From: Cupriavidus necator
Lineage (GTDB): Bacteria > Pseudomonadota > Gammaproteobacteria > Burkholderiales > Burkholderiaceae
Reading direction: 5' to 3'
Length of the DNA: 32,000 bases
NCBI RefSeq assembly: GCF_016127575.1
Contig: NZ_CP066018.1
Location: forward strand, 3,420,001-3,452,000
The notes below the pieces were generated by a model that was given only the letters and a program-made list of their open reading frames with translations, did not search any database and was not told the DNA's origin. The translations under genes and the position numbers were made by a program. Positions 1 through 9,561 of this stretch are shown here, in pieces (the first letter of the stretch is position 1; each line of letters opens with the position of its first letter).

Positions 1-513
1 GACCACGCGCATGCCCTTGCCGCCGCCGCCTGCGCTGGCCTTGAGCAGCACCGGGTAGCCGATGCGGTCGGCCTCGCGGCGCAGCAGCACCGGATCCTGG
101 TCCTCGCCGTGGTAGCCCGGCACCAGCGGCACCGCGGCCTTCTCCATCAATTGCTTGGCGGCGCTCTTGCTGCCCATCGCGTGGATGGCAGACGCCGGCG
201 GGCCGATGAAGACCAGCCCCGCCGCGGCGCAGGCCTCGGCAAAGGCCTCGTTCTCGGACAGGAAGCCGTAGCCGGGGTGGATGGCCTGGGCACCGGTCTC
301 CTTCGCCATCTCGATGATGTGGTCCGCGCGCAGGTAGCTGTCGCGCGCGGCCGCGCCGCCGATATGCACGGCCTCGTCGCAGAAGGCGACGTGGCGTGCG
401 TCGGCGTCGGCATCCGAGTACACCGCGACGGTGCGGATGCCGAGCCGGCGGCAGGTGGCGGCCACGCGGCAGGCGATTTCACCGCGGTTGGCGATCAGGA
501 TCTTGTTGAACAT
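1..513 (-). CDS. mccA: 3-methylcrotonyl-CoA carboxylase biotin-carboxylase (alpha) subunit. Only the N-terminal 171 codons are present; the rest lies beyond the left edge.
   Basis: Absent from the ORF track because there is no stop in the window. My own minus-strand translation from the ATG at 513-511 reads [51 protein letters not shown], a typical biotin-carboxylase N-terminus. It starts 18 nt after the carboxyltransferase gene stop. Confidence 0.85.
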   Translation of the reverse strand, partial: MFNKILIANRGEIACRVAATCRRLGIRTVAVYSDADADARHVAFCDEAVHIGGAAARDSYLRADHIIEMAKETGAQAIHPGYGFLSENEAFAEACAAAGLVFIGPPASAIHAMGSKSAAKQLMEKAAVPLVPGYHGEDQDPVLLRREADRIGYPVLLKASAGGGGKGMRVV

Positions 514-531
514 CGGTCTTCCTTGTCGTGA

Positions 532-2139
532 TTACATGCGGAACACGCCGAACTTCATGTCCTCGATCGGCGCATTCAGGCTCGCGGACAGTCCCAGGCC
601 CAGCACGGTGCGGGTCTGCGCGGGATCGATCACGCCGTCGTCCCACAGGCGCGCGCTGGCGTAGTACGGATGGCCCTGGTGCTCGTACTGGTCGCGGATC
701 GGCTGCTTGAACGCCTCTTCCTCTTGCGCGCTCCACTTGCCGCCCTTGCCCTCGATGCCGTCGCGGCGCACCGTGGCCAGCACGCTGGCGGCCTGCTCGC
801 CGCCCATCACCGAGATGCGCGCGTTCGGCCACATCCACAGGAAGCGCGGCGAATAGGCGCGCCCGCACATGCCGTAGTTGCCGGCGCCGAACGAGCCGCC
901 GATGATCACCGTGAATTTGGGTACCTGCGCGGTGGCCACCGCGGTCACCATCTTGGCGCCGTTGCGCGCGATGCCTTCGTTCTCGTACTTGCGCCCGACC
1001 ATGAAGCCAGTGATGTTCTGCAGGAACACCAGCGGGATCTTGCGCTGGCAGCACAGCTCGATGAAGTGCGCGCCCTTCAGTGCGGATTCGGAGAACAGGA
1101 TGCCGTTGTTGGCGACGATGCCGACGGGGTAGCCCCAGATGCGCGCGAAGCCGCACACCAGCGTGGTGCCGTAGCGCGCCTTGAACTCGTCGAACTCGGA
1201 GCCGTCGACCAGGCGCGCGATCACCTCGCGCACGTCGTAGGGCTTGCGCGTGTCGGTCGGGATCACGCCGTACAGTTCTTCCACCGGGTACAGCGGCTCG
1301 ACCGGCTCGTGCAGGCGGATCTGGTCCGGCTTGCGGCGGTTCAGGTGCTGCACGATATTGCGCGCCAGCGACAGCGCGTGGTGGTCGTTCTGCGCGAAGT
1401 AGTCGGCCACGCCCGACAGGCGCGTATGCACGTCGGCGCCGCCCAGGTCTTCGGCGCTGACCTCCTCGCCGGTGGCGGCCTTCACCAGCGGCGGGCCGCC
1501 CAGGAAGATGGTGCCCTGGTTCTTGACGATGATGGACTCGTCGCTCATCGCGGGCACGTAGGCGCCGCCGGCGGTGCACGAGCCCATCACCACCGCGATC
1601 TGCGGGATGCCCTGCTTGGACAGGTTGGCCTGGTTGTAGAAGATGCGGCCGAAGTGGTCGCGGTCGGGGAACACGTCGTCCTGGTTGGGCAGGTTGGCGC
1701 CGCCGGAATCGACCAGGTAGATGCACGGCAGGTTGTTCTCCTCGGCGATCTCCTGTGCGCGCACATGCTTCTTGACCGTCATCGGGTAGTAGGTGCCGCC
1801 CTTGACGGTGGCGTCATTGCAGACGATCACGCACTCCTGCCCGGCCACGCGGCCGATGCCGGTGATGATGCCGGCGCCAGGCGCGGCATCGTCGTACATT
1901 TCGTACGCAGCAAGCTGCGACAGCTCCAGGAACGGGGTGCCCGGATCCAGCAGTTGCTGCACGCGGTCGCGCGGCAGCAGCTTGCCGCGCGACAGGTGCT
2001 TGTCGCGCGCGTCCTTGCCGCCGCCTTCGGCGAGCTTCGCGATCCTGGCCTCCAGGTCGGCTACCAGGGCCTGCATGGCTTCGGCGTTGGCCTTGAAGGA
2101 CTCGGAGCGGGCGTTCAGTTTGGTTTCGATGATTGGCAT
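532..2139 (-). CDS. mccB: 3-methylcrotonyl-CoA carboxylase carboxyltransferase (beta) subunit
   Basis: The 535-aa ORF shows full-length resemblance to MccB/LiuB-type carboxyltransferases ([31 protein letters not shown]). It is flanked by ivd and a biotin carboxylase gene. Confidence 0.92.
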   Translation of the reverse strand: MPIIETKLNARSESFKANAEAMQALVADLEARIAKLAEGGGKDARDKHLSRGKLLPRDRVQQLLDPGTPFLELSQLAAYEMYDDAAPGAGIITGIGRVAGQECVIVCNDATVKGGTYYPMTVKKHVRAQEIAEENNLPCIYLVDSGGANLPNQDDVFPDRDHFGRIFYNQANLSKQGIPQIAVVMGSCTAGGAYVPAMSDESIIVKNQGTIFLGGPPLVKAATGEEVSAEDLGGADVHTRLSGVADYFAQNDHHALSLARNIVQHLNRRKPDQIRLHEPVEPLYPVEELYGVIPTDTRKPYDVREVIARLVDGSEFDEFKARYGTTLVCGFARIWGYPVGIVANNGILFSESALKGAHFIELCCQRKIPLVFLQNITGFMVGRKYENEGIARNGAKMVTAVATAQVPKFTVIIGGSFGAGNYGMCGRAYSPRFLWMWPNARISVMGGEQAASVLATVRRDGIEGKGGKWSAQEEEAFKQPIRDQYEHQGHPYYASARLWDDGVIDPAQTRTVLGLGLSASLNAPIEDMKFGVFRM

Positions 2140-2203
2140 ATCGTGCTTCTGGGTGTGCCGCGAGATGGTGCTGTCGGTCGGCAGATGGCGAAGGTAGGCG
2201 CGC

Positions 2204-3385
2204 TTACATGGTTTCCGCGAACAGCTCGCGGCCGATCAGCATGCGGCGGATTTCCGAGGTGCCGGCGCCGATCTCGTACAGCTTGGCGTCGCGCCACAGG
2301 CGGCCGGCCGGGTATTCATTGATATAGCCGTTGCCGCCCAGGATCTGCACGGTCTCGCCCGCCATCCAGGTGGCCTTCTCGGCGGTGTACAGGATCACCG
2401 CGGCGCAGTCCTTGCGCACCTGGCGCACGTGCCCGCTGCCCAGCGCGTCCAGGTTCTTGCCGACCGTGTACAGGTAGCTGCGCGCGGCCTGCAGCGTGGT
2501 GTACATATCGGCCACCTTGCCCTGGATCAGCTGGAATTCGCCGATGCTCTGGCCGAACTGCTTGCGGTCGTGGATATACGGCGTGACCACGTCCATGCAC
2601 GCCTGCATGATCCCGACCGGGCCGCCGGACAGCACCGCGCGCTCGTAGTCCAGCCCGCTCATCAGCACCTTGGCGCCGCCATTCTCGACGCCAAGGATGT
2701 TCTCGACCGGCACTTCCACGTCCTGGAACACCAGTTCGCCGGTGTGCGAGCCGCGCATGCCCAGCTTGTCCAGCTTCTGCGCCACCGAGAAGCCCTTCAT
2801 GCCCTTCTCGACGATAAAGGCAGTCATGCCGCGTGCGCCCAGCTCAGGCTCGGTCTTGGCATAGACCACCAGCACGTCGCAGTCCGGGCCGTTGGTGATC
2901 CACATCTTGGTGCCGTTGAGCACGTAGCGGTCGCCCTTGAACTCGGCGCGCAGCTTCATGCTGACCACGTCGGAGCCGGCATTGGGCTCGCTCATGGCCA
3001 GCGCGCCGATCCATTCGCCCGAGACCAGCTTGGGCAGGTACTTCGCCTTCTGCGCCGGCGTGCCGTTGCGGTGGATCTGGTTCACGCACAGGTTGGAATG
3101 CGCGCCGTACGACAGGCCCACCGACGCCGAGGCGCGGCTGATCTCTTCCATCGCGATCATGTGCGCCAGGTAGCCCATGTTGGCACCGCCGTATTCCTCG
3201 GCCACGGTGATGCCCAGCACGCCCAGGTCGCCCATCTTCTTCCAGGCGTCCATCGGGAACTGGTCGGTGCGGTCGATCTCGGCGGCGCGCGGGGCCAGTT
3301 CGGCCTGAGCCCAGGCGCGCACGGAATCGCGCAGCATTTCGATGTCTTCGCCGAGGTCGAACTTGAGGCCGGGGAGGGTGTTCAT
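2204..3385 (-). CDS. ivd: Isovaleryl-CoA dehydrogenase (acyl-CoA dehydrogenase family)
   Basis: The ORF track extends to 3661, but the first 92 residues are R/P-rich and overlap the upstream gene. The ATG at 3385 gives [22 protein letters not shown] (393 aa), which is ACAD-like throughout. It sits in liu/mcc context. Confidence 0.9.
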   Translation of the reverse strand: MNTLPGLKFDLGEDIEMLRDSVRAWAQAELAPRAAEIDRTDQFPMDAWKKMGDLGVLGITVAEEYGGANMGYLAHMIAMEEISRASASVGLSYGAHSNLCVNQIHRNGTPAQKAKYLPKLVSGEWIGALAMSEPNAGSDVVSMKLRAEFKGDRYVLNGTKMWITNGPDCDVLVVYAKTEPELGARGMTAFIVEKGMKGFSVAQKLDKLGMRGSHTGELVFQDVEVPVENILGVENGGAKVLMSGLDYERAVLSGGPVGIMQACMDVVTPYIHDRKQFGQSIGEFQLIQGKVADMYTTLQAARSYLYTVGKNLDALGSGHVRQVRKDCAAVILYTAEKATWMAGETVQILGGNGYINEYPAGRLWRDAKLYEIGAGTSEIRRMLIGRELFAETM

Positions 3386-3456
3386 AGCGGTGTTGTCTCT
3401 GGTGTTGTCTGTGGGAGCGGGGGGATTGGCTGGCGCCGTGCACCGGCGCCAGCGCG

Positions 3457-5181
3457 TCAGGCCGTCCTGGATTCGCTGAGTTTCAGGTCCTGCGTCATGC
3501 GCTCGCGCATCACGAATTTCTGTACCTTGCCGGTGATGGTCATGGGCATCTCGTCGACAAAGCGGATGTAGCGCGGGATCTTGTAGTGCGCGATCTGGTC
3601 GCGGCAGAAATCGCGGATCTCGTCCTCCGTGGCGCTCGCGCCGGGCTTGAGCACGATCCACGCGCAGACCTCTTCGCCGTACTTCTGGTCGGGAACGCCG
3701 AACACCTGGACCGCCTGGACCTTCGGATGGCGGAACAGGAACTCCTCGATCTCGCGCGGGTAGATGTTCTCGCCGCCACGAATCAGCATGTCCTTCACGC
3801 GGCCGACGATGTTGCAGTAGCCTTCCGCGTCGATGGTGGCGAGGTCGCCGGTGTGCATCCAGCCGTCGCGAATGGCTTCGGCGGTACGCGCCTCGTCATC
3901 CCAGTAGCCCAGCATCACCGAATAGCCGCGGGTACACAGCTCGCCGGTTTCTCCTACGGGAACCGTGGCACCTGTCGCATCCACGATCCTGACTTCGAGG
4001 TGCGGCTGGATGCGGCCCACCGTGGTCGTGCGCTTGTCCAGCGGATCGGTGGTGCTGCTCTGGAAGGAGACCGGGCTAGTTTCCGTCATGCCGTAGGCAA
4101 TCGTCACCTCGGACATATGCATCTGCGACACCACGCGCTTCATGGTTTCGATCGGGCAGGGTGACCCCGCCATGATGCCGGTGCGCAGAGAAGAGAAGTC
4201 GTAGCTCGCGAAGTTCGGGTGATCGAGCTGGGCAATGAACATGGTCGGCACGCCATGCAATGCCGTGCAGCGTTCTTCGCTGACTGCCTGCATGGTGGCT
4301 TCCGGCTCGAAGGCCTGGCCGGGGAACACCATTGCCGCGCCGGAGGACACGCAGGCCAGCACCGCCAGGACCATGCCGAAGCAGTGATAGAAGGGCACCG
4401 GGATGCAGAGCTTGTCCTGCTCGGAGAAACGCATCGCCATGGCAATGAAGCGTGCGTTGTTGACGATATTGCGATGGGTCAGCGTGGCGCCCTTGGGCGC
4501 ACCGGTAGTGCCGCTGGTGAACTGCACGTTGATCGGGTCATGGCGGTCCAGCTGTGCCGTGATGGCATCCAGCGTCGACCGAGCCACGCCTGTGCCGCGC
4601 GCAATCACGTCGGCATAGCGGAGCATCCCGGGTGTATGGTCGTCGCCCATGCGGATGACGCAGCGCAGTGCCGGCAGCCGCGCCGCCTGCAGTTCGCCCG
4701 GCGCGCAGGTGGCCAGTTCGGGGGCGAGTACCTGGAGCATCTCCAGGTACCGTGAGGTCTTGAAGGCTTCCGCCGCGACGATCGCCTTGACGCCCACCTT
4801 GTTCAGCGCGTACTCCAGCTCGGACAGGCGGTAGGCGGGATTGATGTTCACCAGCACCAGCCCCAGCCGCGCCGTGGCGAACTGGGTGACCAGCCACTCG
4901 ACCCGGTTGGGGGACCAGATGCCGACTCGGTCGCCTCTGGCCAGCCCCAGCGTGTGCAGGCCTGCCGCCAGTGCGTCCACGGCATCGGAGAATTCGCGCC
5001 AGTTCCAGCGCACCCCTTGCTCGCGAAAGGCAACGGCTTTCCGCTCGGGATAGCGAGCCACCGTTTGCGCCAGCAACTCCGGCACGGTCTGTTCCGACAG
5101 CGGAATGGTGGTGTCCCCTCTCACATGCGAAAGCCCGCCAATCGGCAGGATGGTGGGAGAGGACTCGGCCTGCATCGTCAT
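3457..5181 (-). CDS. AMP-dependent acyl-CoA synthetase/ligase
   Basis: AMP-binding motif [16 protein letters not shown] and C-terminal ...GKVQKF. The track start at 5214 is a GTG. The ATG at 5181 (MTMQAESS) has GGAGA 5 nt upstream, so I prefer it. Confidence 0.85.
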   Translation of the reverse strand: MTMQAESSPTILPIGGLSHVRGDTTIPLSEQTVPELLAQTVARYPERKAVAFREQGVRWNWREFSDAVDALAAGLHTLGLARGDRVGIWSPNRVEWLVTQFATARLGLVLVNINPAYRLSELEYALNKVGVKAIVAAEAFKTSRYLEMLQVLAPELATCAPGELQAARLPALRCVIRMGDDHTPGMLRYADVIARGTGVARSTLDAITAQLDRHDPINVQFTSGTTGAPKGATLTHRNIVNNARFIAMAMRFSEQDKLCIPVPFYHCFGMVLAVLACVSSGAAMVFPGQAFEPEATMQAVSEERCTALHGVPTMFIAQLDHPNFASYDFSSLRTGIMAGSPCPIETMKRVVSQMHMSEVTIAYGMTETSPVSFQSSTTDPLDKRTTTVGRIQPHLEVRIVDATGATVPVGETGELCTRGYSVMLGYWDDEARTAEAIRDGWMHTGDLATIDAEGYCNIVGRVKDMLIRGGENIYPREIEEFLFRHPKVQAVQVFGVPDQKYGEEVCAWIVLKPGASATEDEIRDFCRDQIAHYKIPRYIRFVDEMPMTITGKVQKFVMRERMTQDLKLSESRTA

Positions 5182-5226
5182 ACTTGTCTCCAAAGCCCGG
5201 TTGTGGTTCGTCACGTTGGATATTTG

Positions 5227-5239
5227 TGAGTGTTACTCA
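5227..5239. promoter_or_regulatory. Candidate TetR operator, palindrome TGAG-N5-CTCA (copy 1), next to the acyl-CoA synthetase start
   Basis: tgagtgttactca was read directly. The same TGAG-N5-CTCA architecture recurs at 5402-5414 in the same divergent intergenic region. Confidence 0.4.
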
Positions 5240-5401
5240 ATAAACAGCGCATCGATGGATTCTGGGGTGGCGTCTCCGGGTTTTCCCGGATATTTGCGGC
5301 GCGGTTGCTTTATTTTTGGCTATTCCTTCGAGGCTCGCCTGACACCCGTTGGTGCGATGATCGAAAAATACATGGTGCCAATCGAAATGGCAACCTAAAA
5401 T

Positions 5402-5414
5402 TGAGTAAAGCTCA
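5402..5414. promoter_or_regulatory. Candidate TetR operator, palindrome TGAG-N5-CTCA (copy 2), about 60 nt upstream of the TetR gene
   Basis: tgagtaaagctca was read directly. With flanks it becomes ttgag-taaag-ctcaa, a 5+5 bp inverted repeat. Confidence 0.4.
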
Positions 5415-5472
5415 AGTCAGGGCTGAGCCGGCCCTATAATCTCGCCTTCGGGCAAGCAAGGACTCAATCAAG

Positions 5473-6168
5473 ATGGAAGACGTCACATCGCCCCGCCGTG
5501 TGCCGGCGGGCGCCAAGGCGGAACAACGCATCCGGGACATCCTGCGCGTCAGCCGCGAGGTATTCGCCGAGCTCGGCTATGAGCGGACCACGACCACCGA
5601 GATCGCCCAGCGCCTGGGCATCTCCGAGGGCACGGTGTTCACCTACTTCCATGGCAAGCGCGAGCTATGCGCACGCGTGATCGAGGACTGGTATGACGAG
5701 ATCATCAGCACCGTGGAACAAGGCATGCCGCACGGGCAAAGCACAAAGGTGCAGCTGGAGTTCTATGTCAGGACACACCTGCGGTTGTTCCTGATCCAGG
5801 GGACGGGCTTGTGTGCGCTGGTGTTGTCGGAGGGGCGTGCAAAAGGGCCGGGGCTGGGAGAGGTGTTCGTACCGCTGCAGCGCCGCTATACGGCACCGTT
5901 GATGGACTTGCTGGCGCGGGCGCGGGACAACGGCGAGATCCGGGATGACCTGCCGTTGAGCCTGCTGCGCTCGGCAATCCTCGGCCCGATGGAGCACATC
6001 CTGTGGGACGCGATCGCCCGGCAGCGGCAAGTGGATATCGAGAAGACGGCCAGGGATATGGTGGCGTTGTTGTGGCCCGCCTTGCTGCCTGTAGACGTCG
6101 AGGTGGAGAAATTGCGCGCATTCTATGGAGAAGTCGGCGCAGCATTGAGAAGGGCGGGCAACGGTTGA
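5473..6168 (+). CDS. TetR/AcrR-family transcriptional regulator
   Basis: N-terminal HTH region RILRVSREVFAELGYERTTTTEIAQRLGISEGTVFTYFHGKRE. It is 231 aa and divergent from the acyl-CoA synthetase/ivd/mcc operon. Confidence 0.88.
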   Translation: MEDVTSPRRVPAGAKAEQRIRDILRVSREVFAELGYERTTTTEIAQRLGISEGTVFTYFHGKRELCARVIEDWYDEIISTVEQGMPHGQSTKVQLEFYVRTHLRLFLIQGTGLCALVLSEGRAKGPGLGEVFVPLQRRYTAPLMDLLARARDNGEIRDDLPLSLLRSAILGPMEHILWDAIARQRQVDIEKTARDMVALLWPALLPVDVEVEKLRAFYGEVGAALRRAGNG

Positions 6169-6301
6169 CGTGCGGCGCGCCTTGAAGCGCCGGTCCACTA
6201 ATCCACTGATCTAGTTCTTGCGAGGGACCCTTGCCGGATTCATGCGCCGCCATACGCGATCGCCTGCTGGCGGCCCTGCACGTCTTCGAATAGGCCTTAA
6301 T

Positions 6302-7156
6302 CTACCAGGGCGAACGCCCGTCGATTTCCATTGATGGCAGCCCCAGCAGCGCGCGCGCCTGGGCCACTGTCGCCACGGGGCGCCCATATTCCTCGCACAA
6401 GGCCGCTACCTGGCTGACCAGCGCGGCGTTGGAGGGCGCCAGTGTCTGCTTGTCAAGCCGCACATTGTCTTCCAGGCCGGTGCGGCAATGGCCGCCCAGT
6501 TCGAGCGACCAGCGCGCCATCGTCAGCTGGTCCCGGCCGATGCCAGCGCCGGTCCAGGTCGCATCGGGTGCCAGGCGCCGCAAGGTGTGCACGTAGAAGG
6601 CAAGCACCTCGCGATCGACCGGCATCGCATTCTTGATCCCCATCACGAACTGGATATGCAGTGCGCCGTCGATCTTGCCGGCCTGTTGCATGGCCACCGC
6701 CTGGAAGATCATCGACAGGTCGAAGGCCTCTATCTCGGGCTTGATGGCGTAGGCCTTCATTTCCGCGGCGAGCCAGTCCACCAGGTCTGGCGGATTGTCA
6801 TAGACGCGAGTGGGGAAATTGACCGAGCCGGTGGCAAGCGACGCCATGTCCGGGCGCAGCGACAGCATCCCCCCTCGCTCCCTTCCCGCGCCTGAGCGGC
6901 CGCCGGTGGAGACCTGCGTGATGATGCCCGGCGCATGCTTGCGGATGCCCTCCAGCACGCGGGCAAAGCGGTCGGGCTCGGAGGAGGGCGTCTCGTCGTC
7001 ATTGCGCACGTGCAGGTGGACGAGCGTGGCGCCCGCCTCGAAGGCGGCCTGGGTGGATTCGACCTGCTCGCTGACAGTGATCGGCACGGCAGGGTTGTCA
7101 CGCTTGCGCGGCAGCGAGCCGGTGATGGCGACGGAGATGATGCAGGGCTGGGTCAT
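6302..7156 (-). CDS. DUF849 / BKACE-family beta-keto acid cleavage enzyme (3-keto-5-aminohexanoate cleavage enzyme family)
   Basis: MTQPCIISVAITGSLPRKRDNPAVPITVSEQV...LVHLHVRNDD...GGHCRTGLEDNV is the typical BKACE TIM-barrel pattern. GGAG lies 9 nt before the ATG at 7156. An alternative ATG at 7183 forms an ATGA overlap with the catD stop. The 518-aa track ORF is an artefactual extension. Confidence 0.8.
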   Translation of the reverse strand: MTQPCIISVAITGSLPRKRDNPAVPITVSEQVESTQAAFEAGATLVHLHVRNDDETPSSEPDRFARVLEGIRKHAPGIITQVSTGGRSGAGRERGGMLSLRPDMASLATGSVNFPTRVYDNPPDLVDWLAAEMKAYAIKPEIEAFDLSMIFQAVAMQQAGKIDGALHIQFVMGIKNAMPVDREVLAFYVHTLRRLAPDATWTGAGIGRDQLTMARWSLELGGHCRTGLEDNVRLDKQTLAPSNAALVSQVAALCEEYGRPVATVAQARALLGLPSMEIDGRSPW

Positions 7157-7182
7157 GTCGGCTCCGGTAAGGATGTATGGCA

Positions 7183-7965
7183 TCACGCCTGTGACAGGAA
7201 GTGGATCACCGCGTGCGAAAACGCCTCGGGCAACTCCCAGTTGGACAAATGCGCGGCGTTGAGCGCGAGGTATTCGGCGCCGGCAATGCCTTGCGCCAGC
7301 TCGCGGCCCTGTTCCGGCGTGGTGGCGGCATCCTGCACGCCCGCGATCACCAGCACGCGCGAGCGGATGCCTGGCAGCAGGCCGCGCAGGTCGGCGTCGC
7401 GCACGGCGGCGCAGTTGGCGATATAGCCATCGGCATCCGTGGATGCGAGCATGGCGAGCACGGGCGCGATGTGCGCCGGATCGCCGGCCAGCGCGGCCGG
7501 CGTGAACCAGCGGGCCAGCACGCCCCCGGCGATTGCCGCCATGCCCTCGTTGCTGACGCGCTCGATGCGCGTGTTCCAGCCGGACGCCGGGCCGATCAGC
7601 GCCGCGGTATTGGCCAGCACGAAGCGGCCGAAGCGTTCGGGATGGTGGCGTGCCAGCCAGATGCCGGTCATGCCGCCCATCGACAGGCCGCAGAAGTGGG
7701 CGTGCTCGACACCGGCATGGTCCATCACCGCCAGCACGTCGGCCCCGAGCTCGGCCATGCCGAACGGCGCTGCCGGCACGCCGGAGGCGCCATGGCCGCG
7801 CGTGTCGTAGCGCAGCACGCGGAAGCGCTCCAGCAGCGCCGGCATCTGCGGGTCCCACATCGACAGGGTGGTGCCCAGCGAGTTGGACAGGGCCAGCACC
7901 GGCGCGCCGGCCGGACCGTTAAGTTCATAGTGAAGGCGAAGCCCGTCGCGGGTGGCAAAGCGCAT
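7183..7965 (-). CDS. catD: 3-oxoadipate enol-lactonase (alpha/beta hydrolase)
   Basis: A 260-aa alpha/beta hydrolase with HGASG and nucleophile elbow GLSMGG. It lies immediately after catC in a catBCD arrangement, with GGGAG upstream of the ATG. Confidence 0.85.
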   Translation of the reverse strand: MRFATRDGLRLHYELNGPAGAPVLALSNSLGTTLSMWDPQMPALLERFRVLRYDTRGHGASGVPAAPFGMAELGADVLAVMDHAGVEHAHFCGLSMGGMTGIWLARHHPERFGRFVLANTAALIGPASGWNTRIERVSNEGMAAIAGGVLARWFTPAALAGDPAHIAPVLAMLASTDADGYIANCAAVRDADLRGLLPGIRSRVLVIAGVQDAATTPEQGRELAQGIAGAEYLALNAAHLSNWELPEAFSHAVIHFLSQA

Positions 7966-7978
7966 GACGTGGGCTCCC

Positions 7979-8257
7979 TCAGCGGATCGATGAAGGATGC
8001 GGCGCCAGCGGCGTGACGGCGATCTTCATGTACGGGAACAGCGGCAGCCCCGACAGCAGCGTGTGCAGCGTCTCGTTGGACTCGACGTCGAACACGCTGT
8101 AGTTGGCATACTCGCCCACCACGCGATAGAGCTGCTGCCACTTGCCCTGGCGCTGCAGGTCCTGCGCATAGGCTTTCTCGCGCGCCTTGATGTCCTCCGC
8201 CTGCGCGGCGGGCATGTCGTGCGGCAGGCTTACGTCCATTCGTACCAGATACAGCAT
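7979..8257 (-). CDS. catC: Muconolactone delta-isomerase
   Basis: 92 aa, MLYLVRMDV...GKWQQLYRVVGEYANYSVFDVESNETLHTLLSGLPLFPYM. Size and sequence are characteristic of CatC. Confidence 0.92.
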   Translation of the reverse strand: MLYLVRMDVSLPHDMPAAQAEDIKAREKAYAQDLQRQGKWQQLYRVVGEYANYSVFDVESNETLHTLLSGLPLFPYMKIAVTPLAPHPSSIR

Positions 8258-8302
8258 TGGTGTCTCCTCGCTTCGATTCTGATGGGGTCTGATGGCAGGG
8301 AA

Positions 8303-9448
8303 TCAGGCGCGGTCGCGCCGGTAGTGGGCGAGCTTGTCCTCGTCCAGCGCCATGCCCAGGCCGGGGCCCTGCGGCAGGTGCAACGCGAAGTCGCGGTAGA
8401 CGGGGCGCTCGGCGACGATGTCGTCCTTCAGCAGCAGCGGGCCGAACAGTTCGGTGCCCCACGCCAGTTGCGGCAGGGTCGCAAAGCCGTGGGCGGCGGC
8501 AATGGTGCCGATGCTGCCTTCGAGCATGGTGCCGCCATACAGCGCGATGCCGGCCGCATCGCCCACCGCGGCCGTGCGCAGCATGCCGAAGATGCCGCCC
8601 GACTTGGCGATCTTCAGGGCGAACACGTCGGCGCCGCCGATGCGGGCCAGTTCCATCGCGTCCTCGGGCCCGCACACCGCTTCGTCGGCCATGATGGGCA
8701 CCACGAAACGCGCCGCCAGGCGCGCCAGCGCGGCGCGTTGCTCGCGTGGCGTGGGCTGCTCGATCAGGTCGATGCCGGCGGTCTCCAGCATGGCAATGCC
8801 GGTGGCGGCATCCGCTTCGTTCCAGGCCTGGTTGACGTCCACCGTGACACGGGCGCGCTCGCCCAGCGCGCGCTTGATCGCGGAAACGTGTGCGACGTCC
8901 TCGCGCACGCTGCGCCGGCCGATCTTGAGCTTGAAGGTATCGTGGCGGCGCTCGGCGAGCAGGCGCTCGGCCTCGTCGATGTCCCGCGCGGTGTCGCCGC
9001 TGGCGAGCGTCCACAGCACCGGCAGGGTGTCGCGCACGGCGCCGCCCAGCAGTGTCGCCAGCGGCACGCCGAGACGCTTGCCCTGCGCGTCCAGCAGTGC
9101 GGTCTCGAGCGCCGACTTGGCGAAGCGGTTACCGCGTGCGACCTTGCCGAGGCGCGCCATGGCGCCATGCACATTGGCCGCATCCTGGCCCAGCAGCGCC
9201 GGTGCAAGGTAGCTGTCGATGGTCAGCTTGATGCCCTCGGGGCTCTCGTCGCCGTAGGAAAGTCCACCGATGGTGGTCGCCTCGCCGAGGCCTTCGATGC
9301 CGTCGGCACAGCGCAGGCGGACGATCACCAGCGTCTGCCGCTGCATGGTCGCCATGGCGAGCTGATGCGGCCGGATGGTCGGAAGATCGACCAGGATGGC
9401 CTCGATGGACTCGATGGCCGTGATGCTTTGCTGCGTCGCCACTTTCAT
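8303..9448 (-). CDS. catB: Muconate cycloisomerase (enolase superfamily)
   Basis: 381 aa of the MLE/enolase-superfamily pattern (IVRLRCADGIEGLGEATTIGGLSYG, KLKIG, VDVNQAW, IEQP). It sits upstream of catC. Confidence 0.9.
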   Translation of the reverse strand: MKVATQQSITAIESIEAILVDLPTIRPHQLAMATMQRQTLVIVRLRCADGIEGLGEATTIGGLSYGDESPEGIKLTIDSYLAPALLGQDAANVHGAMARLGKVARGNRFAKSALETALLDAQGKRLGVPLATLLGGAVRDTLPVLWTLASGDTARDIDEAERLLAERRHDTFKLKIGRRSVREDVAHVSAIKRALGERARVTVDVNQAWNEADAATGIAMLETAGIDLIEQPTPREQRAALARLAARFVVPIMADEAVCGPEDAMELARIGGADVFALKIAKSGGIFGMLRTAAVGDAAGIALYGGTMLEGSIGTIAAAHGFATLPQLAWGTELFGPLLLKDDIVAERPVYRDFALHLPQGPGLGMALDEDKLAHYRRDRA

Positions 9449-9526
9449 ACCTTCCTGATGCAGTTGAACGTTGCACCGGAGTATGGAGGGCTATTTTTGG
9501 GGTGTCCAAGACCGTTGGCGTCTGAT

Positions 9527-9547
9527 TTCATACCTACAGAGTATGAA
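9527..9547. promoter_or_regulatory. LysR (CatR/BenM-type) recognition site TTCATAC-N7-GTATGAA in the catB promoter region
   Basis: ttcatacctacagagtatgaa was read directly. It is a perfect 7-bp inverted repeat containing ATAC-N7-GTAT, located 82-99 nt upstream of the catB ATG. Confidence 0.65.
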
Positions 9548-9561
9548 CCGCCCGTTGCGCC

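Noticed and set aside
513-532. Absence of a methylglutaconyl-CoA hydratase gene between mccB and mccA, as seen in some liu operons; considered as an anomaly
   Set aside because: Gene order in liu/mcc clusters varies between lineages, and the hydratase and HMG-CoA lyase may lie beyond the left edge. It is not informative within this window.
670-2322. Plus-strand 550-aa ORF opposite mccB, and likewise the 529-aa ORF at 7997-9586 opposite catC/catB and the 429-aa out-of-frame minus-strand ORF at 7725-9014
   Set aside because: All overlap well-supported genes, have no recognisable domains, and show skewed Arg/Ala/His/Gly composition.
3386-3661. N-terminal extensions of track ORFs: ivd to 3661, BKACE to 7858, LysR to 10611, catA from 10557, hydrolase from 15337, PurM-like from 21001, and the 224-aa protein to 29068
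   Set aside because: The extensions overlap the neighbouring genes, are compositionally aberrant, and internal starts with Shine-Dalgarno sequences or ATGA coupling give family-typical N-termini.
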